Shown one piece after another: positions 24,953-28,904 of a stretch of 28,904 bases of DNA. The stretch is from a virus (taxonomy: Duplodnaviria > Caudoviricetes). Under the pieces are notes generated by a model. It was not told the origin of the DNA. It did no database searches and saw nothing but the letters and a program-made list of their open reading frames with translations. The DNA lies in IMG/VR virus record IMGVR_UViG_3300017911_000991, positions 1 through 28,904 of that record. The stretch is one strand, 5' to 3'. A program made the position numbers and the translations under genes. Numbering within the stretch: position 1 is the first letter of the stretch; each line of letters begins with the position of its first letter.

Positions 24953-25336
24953 ATGGAGTTTGACAATCTTGCTACTTCGGTAGCGCACGAGGCCGGGGCA
25001 GAGGTAAACATCCTCTCCCCGGTCGATGGCAAGCCTACTAATGTCTTTATCACCATCATGGGTGCTGATTCAAAAGAATGGCGGAAGCAAAAGAAGAAGC
25101 AAACCACGGCGATCATCTCTGCCAAGTCCCAAGACAAGCTAGACGAGCTGGACTATGACGCCATGGACGTCGAAGCCCTTGTGGCTATTACCATAAGCTG
25201 GAAGGGAATTTCCCAGAACGGGAAAGAGTATAAGTTCAATAAGAGCAACGCGAAGAAGCTCTACGAAAACGCCCCATCGGTGGTGTCCCAACTTCTTGAT
25301 TTCGTGAGTGATAACGCCAATTTTACCAACGGCTAA
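24953..25336 (+). CDS. Tail assembly chaperone (lambda gpG-like)
   Basis: Between tube and tape measure genes, ends ...ANF at a T-run. Confidence 0.8.
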   Translation: MEFDNLATSVAHEAGAEVNILSPVDGKPTNVFITIMGADSKEWRKQKKKQTTAIISAKSQDKLDELDYDAMDVEALVAITISWKGISQNGKEYKFNKSNAKKLYENAPSVVSQLLDFVSDNANFTNG

Positions 25337-25650
25337 TTGATGAATTCGTCCGGCATGGACGATGGATGATGTATATTCATTCAAAGCCAGAAGGATCGTC
25401 AGTTAGCCGGTACGAAACCTTAAAGCAGGTTGAGAAATCGACAGGGAGAACGCCTAAAGAGCTTGAGTCTGCCCCGCAGCTATCAGATGTCCATGCAGAT
25501 GCCTTTGAAGCGTATATGGCGCTATCAGAGTATACTTATGGAGAGGTAGAGAGCTACATTAGGCTTACAGGTAACCAGCTTTCTAGCTGGGAAGTAGAAG
25601 CCATAATGGTGTTAGCTAAGTATCGCGGGGTAGAGCCAATATGGCCATGA
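25321..25650 (+). CDS. Tail assembly chaperone extension (gpT-like), probably reached by a -1 frameshift
   Basis: The -1 frame is open from 25315, before the upstream stop at 25334-25336. LSSWEVEAIM motif. Confidence 0.65.
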   Translation, partial: FYQRLIDEFVRHGRWMMYIHSKPEGSSVSRYETLKQVEKSTGRTPKELESAPQLSDVHADAFEAYMALSEYTYGEVESYIRLTGNQLSSWEVEAIMVLAKYRGVEPIWP

Positions 25651-27131
25651 CTGAGGTAGGAACGCTAGTTTTTAAGATGGACACCCGAGAAATAGAACTC
25701 GGGACAACAGACCTTAAAAGCGCAGAGCGTGCTGCTGCTAATCTTGAGAAGCAAACCAAGAAGCTAGGCGGTCAAGTCATTGATGCTCGCTCCAAGTTCC
25801 GTGCAATGCGGGGCTCTACTGCTCAACTTGGCATGCAGATGCAGGACGTTGCTGTCCAATTTCAGGCGGGCACTAACGCCCTAGTTATTCTTGGTCAACA
25901 GGGCTCTCAAGTAGCATCTCTCTTCGGTCCCGGTGGAGCCCTTCTTGGTGCTGCAATCGCCATAACTGCCGCTGTGGCTAATATGGCTTTTGGTTTTGGG
26001 CGGGCATCGGAAGAAGCCAGCGATCTTGATGGGACTCTGCGCAAGCTGAATATCGCATTCTCTGACCTGACGAGAGAAGAGAGGGCATACCTTAGAGTCG
26101 AGACGATCAAGAACCTAGAGCGGCTTAGAGAAGAGGCTGAGGGGGTAGAGAAAGAGCTTAACAAGCTCACCGTAGTTACCCCTGCTCTTGCTAGGGCCTA
26201 CTCAAATAATACGGTAGAGCTTCAGGATAACTCTGAGAAGGCAGACCAGCTAAGGGGCAAGCTCGCCTTGCTCAACCGCGAAATCAAGCAGAATGAGGAA
26301 ATCCTTAACGGGAATACGTCTGCATACAAAGAGGTGGTTGCGGCTCTACAGGAAGAAATTGAAACCATAGGGCTTAGCGACAAGGCCCTTGCTCTTCGTC
26401 AGGCTGCGCTTGATGGAATGTCTGTCGTTCAGCGTCGTCATATCGCTGAGCTATATGACTTATTAGAGGCTAGGAAGGCAAATATTGAGTTTGCAGAAAA
26501 GCAGGCCGAGGCTGAGCTTGCCGTCCAAGATATGTTTAATCAAATGCTGGATAAGCGTCTTGAGAAACAAGCAGCAGCGGCGGCAGAAGAAGAGCGTATA
26601 GAGAAGATTAAAAACCAGCGCCTTCTTGAGGCGTCCGATATGCTCCTCTCTAACCAATCTGATCGAAAGAAAGAGGCCGCTAAAGTGGCGCTTGCGCTCG
26701 CAGATGAAGAGAAGCGCGAGAACGCCAAGACGATCATCTCTGACTCATATACTGCGGCCATGAAGGCATACAAGTCCCTTTCAGGCATTCCGCTCATTGG
26801 CCCTGCGTTGGGCGCCGCTGCCGCTGGGGCAATCATCGCTGCCGGTGTGTCTTACGCTGGGAAAAGCCTTTCAGGACGAGCCCTAGGCGGCCAGGTGCGC
26901 CCTGGTGAGTCCTACGTGGTGGGCGAGCGTGGTCCTGAAGTCCTCACTATGGGGAATGCTGGCGGACGGATCGCTACGAATGAGTCTATGGGTGGCGGCA
27001 CGAGCCTTGTCTACTCCCCCACAGTGAACATCTCGGGCGGCGCAACAGAACAGGACCGCGCCATCTTCACCGCTCAGTTACGACAGCAGAAGGCCGAGAT
27101 CGCTGACCTGCTAGCACGGAGACGCTTCTAA
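25641..27131 (+). CDS. Tail tape measure protein
   Basis: QMQDVAVQ...LGQQGSQ, long Ala/Glu helical region, RALGGQV...VGERGPE C-terminus. Confidence 0.9.
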   Translation: MAMTEVGTLVFKMDTREIELGTTDLKSAERAAANLEKQTKKLGGQVIDARSKFRAMRGSTAQLGMQMQDVAVQFQAGTNALVILGQQGSQVASLFGPGGALLGAAIAITAAVANMAFGFGRASEEASDLDGTLRKLNIAFSDLTREERAYLRVETIKNLERLREEAEGVEKELNKLTVVTPALARAYSNNTVELQDNSEKADQLRGKLALLNREIKQNEEILNGNTSAYKEVVAALQEEIETIGLSDKALALRQAALDGMSVVQRRHIAELYDLLEARKANIEFAEKQAEAELAVQDMFNQMLDKRLEKQAAAAAEEERIEKIKNQRLLEASDMLLSNQSDRKKEAAKVALALADEEKRENAKTIISDSYTAAMKAYKSLSGIPLIGPALGAAAAGAIIAAGVSYAGKSLSGRALGGQVRPGESYVVGERGPEVLTMGNAGGRIATNESMGGGTSLVYSPTVNISGGATEQDRAIFTAQLRQQKAEIADLLARRRF

Positions 27132-27721
27132 TGCCGCTAACGATGCCAACGACCAAGCCGACCCAGACTGAGTGGTCTATCGTCTCTAACGCTCGTCAGT
27201 TCGTATCTCCTCTCACTGGAGCTATTCAGACGGCACAGAGGACGGGGAACCGCTGGCGGGTGACGCTATCCTTTGAGAACCTATTCGATTCCGAGCGGGC
27301 CGTGATGCAGGCGTTCTTGTCCCAACTTACGGCTACGGCGAACAACTTTTTCCTAGAGGATCACAGCTATTCTCGACGAGCCGATGGCGCAGGAACCCCT
27401 CTAGTAGCTGGTGGTAGTCAGTCAGGTAACGAGATCATCATTGATGGCTGGACTTCTGGCACCTACGCATTCCTGGCGGGTGATTTCTTTGAGGTCAACG
27501 GTGAGCTAAAGATGTGCGTTGCAGACGCCACCATCTCAGGAGGGTCGGCTACCGTGGACTTTGTGCCTGAACTTAGGGAGTCTCCTGCTGATAACGCGGC
27601 GGTGACGATCTCTAACCCGAAGGGCATATTCCGCTTGATTAGCCCTCAGACAACGTGGAGCAACCGATCACCGCGCATCTCAAACTTCTCCTTTGAGTGC
27701 ATAGAGGATGTGATCGCATGA
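27131..27721 (+). CDS. Distal tail / minor tail protein
   Basis: Follows the tape measure gene. SPLTGAIQT...RWRVTLSF. Confidence 0.75.
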   Translation: MPLTMPTTKPTQTEWSIVSNARQFVSPLTGAIQTAQRTGNRWRVTLSFENLFDSERAVMQAFLSQLTATANNFFLEDHSYSRRADGAGTPLVAGGSQSGNEIIIDGWTSGTYAFLAGDFFEVNGELKMCVADATISGGSATVDFVPELRESPADNAAVTISNPKGIFRLISPQTTWSNRSPRISNFSFECIEDVIA

Positions 27722-28377
27722 GCCGGGGACTAAGTGCTAACAACATTACGGCGGTTGACTCTGATGTAGTTCGTCCTGTGGTATTTGTAGAGCTTCACTA
27801 CGATTCCGCGACCCTTTTTCTCCATGACAATATCGGCGAGATAACTGCGGATGATTGGGATGGCACCTCTCGTACCTGGTCAGGGCTAGGTGATTTAGGC
27901 TCGATCTCTACCATTGAGGAAGGCAGCGAGATTTCGCCCTACAAGATCGACCTTGTGCTGTCTGGTATTGATACGACTATCGCGTCTAAGGCGCTGGGGA
28001 AAGAGACCGGACTGCGGGAAGTCTATGTTTTAATTGGGTTTATTGGCCTTGATCGAGTGGTCGTAGATGATCCCCACCCGATGTGGTCTGGATTGGCTGA
28101 CGATATTCAGATGGCGATAGGGTCCGAGTCAGTGATTCGGGTGTCCTGTGAGTCAAAGCTAGCGGCCTTTGAGAAGACCAATGGGCGTCTACAGAACGAC
28201 GCAGACCATCAAGCGGAGTTCAGCGGCGACCTGTTCTACAAATACTTGCCCCAAATGGTAGAGGCCAAGTTCCGCTGGGGTGGTAAGACTCAGGCTTTTG
28301 GTACGGGAATTCGCCCAGAGGAAAGCGTTGGTGGTCGTGGTGGCCCCGGTGGTTTTGGTGGCTCAAGGCCGCTATGA
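27718..28377 (+). CDS. Minor tail / tail-tip hub protein
   Basis: WSGLGDLGSIS...LVLSGID, plus position. Confidence 0.7.
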   Translation: MSRGLSANNITAVDSDVVRPVVFVELHYDSATLFLHDNIGEITADDWDGTSRTWSGLGDLGSISTIEEGSEISPYKIDLVLSGIDTTIASKALGKETGLREVYVLIGFIGLDRVVVDDPHPMWSGLADDIQMAIGSESVIRVSCESKLAAFEKTNGRLQNDADHQAEFSGDLFYKYLPQMVEAKFRWGGKTQAFGTGIRPEESVGGRGGPGGFGGSRPL

Positions 28378-28760
28378 CCAGATTTGAGGCTGTCAAAGCT
28401 GCGGTTCGTAAGTTTGAGGACTCGCCCTTTGAATATGGCGCCTTTGATTGCTGCGAGTTCGTAAGGGAAGTAGCGACTCTTTACAGGGGGCAGGACCCAG
28501 CGCCAGAGTTAATTTATATGAATGAACGAGAGGCCATCCAGATCATCGCAGAGGCAGGCGGTCTCTCAGAGCTGATGACCTATGTGTTCGGCACCCCTGT
28601 TAAGGCAGACGATGCTGAGGTAGGTGATGCGTTAAAATTAAAGCTGCCCAAGACCGGAGAGGTTATGGGTGTGCGGGTCCCTGATGGCGCTCTTGTTCCT
28701 GTGATGAGGGGGCTTATGAAGGTCGATCTTCGCTACGCGCTTGAGGGTTGGAGAATCTAA
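28374..28760 (+). CDS. Tail assembly protein, NlpC/P60-like
   Basis: PFEYGAFDCC motif. Confidence 0.65.
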   Translation: MTRFEAVKAAVRKFEDSPFEYGAFDCCEFVREVATLYRGQDPAPELIYMNEREAIQIIAEAGGLSELMTYVFGTPVKADDAEVGDALKLKLPKTGEVMGVRVPDGALVPVMRGLMKVDLRYALEGWRI

Positions 28761-28904
28761 TGGCTGAATCAGCGATCATCGCGGCGATTGCAGCAAAGAC
28801 CGGAGCCAGCGCTGGCACAGTAATAGCGATCGGGGCAGCAACTGCGGCAGCAGTATCTAGCATTGCCATCTCCAGCTATCAGGCAAAGAAGGCAGAAGCT
28901 GACG
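28760..28904 (+). CDS. Probable tail-tip / host-specificity protein, 3' truncated
   Basis: TAATG-coupled, Ala-rich hydrophobic N-terminus, runs off the window. Confidence 0.55.
   Translation, partial: MAESAIIAAIAAKTGASAGTVIAIGAATAAAVSSIAISSYQAKKAEAD

Larger units (their letters stand above)
1..28904 (+). mobile_element. Tailed dsDNA bacteriophage genome segment (siphovirus-like), near-complete and permuted
   Basis: Terminase, portal, capsid, neck, tail tube, tape measure and tail tip genes in canonical order, plus lysis and recombination modules. No host genes or att junction visible. Confidence 0.95.

Noticed and set aside
151-26836. Other minus-strand and alternate-frame ORFs in the track
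   Set aside because: They overlap well-supported + strand genes and show no independent motifs.
1-28904. Impression that CTAG is unusually frequent
   Set aside because: Not counted. It may reflect CTA-GAN codon pairs and needs an observed/expected tetranucleotide calculation.

Overview
The window holds most of the genome of a small siphovirus-like tailed dsDNA phage, circularly permuted, with all credible protein genes on the + strand. Order: tail fibre (5' truncated) and accessory proteins; lysis cassette (holin, GH24 endolysin); recombination and nin-like module (Sak3/DUF1071-like annealase, YqaJ exonuclease, SSB, HTH, NinB, metallophosphoesterase, NinG); a structured ~570-bp non-coding gap; stand-alone integrase arm-binding domain; SF2 helicase; primase zinc-finger protein with G-rich repeats; early genes behind repeated sigma70-like promoters; terminase, portal, small basic proteins, head, neck and tail genes up to a truncated tail-tip gene. 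No catalytic integrase, DNA polymerase, tRNA or CRISPR array was seen. The most striking signal is a predicted ~185-nt minus-strand sRNA (10192 to 10008) with its own TTGATA-N17-TAAAAT promoter and intrinsic terminator. Its two CU-rich hairpin loops have 9-10 nt perfect complementarity to the (AG)n ribosome-binding leaders of five dispersed genes, four of which have their own promoter. This is a candidate trans-acting, multi-target RNA repressor of the early programme. All family names come from recognising motifs by eye, not from database searches.
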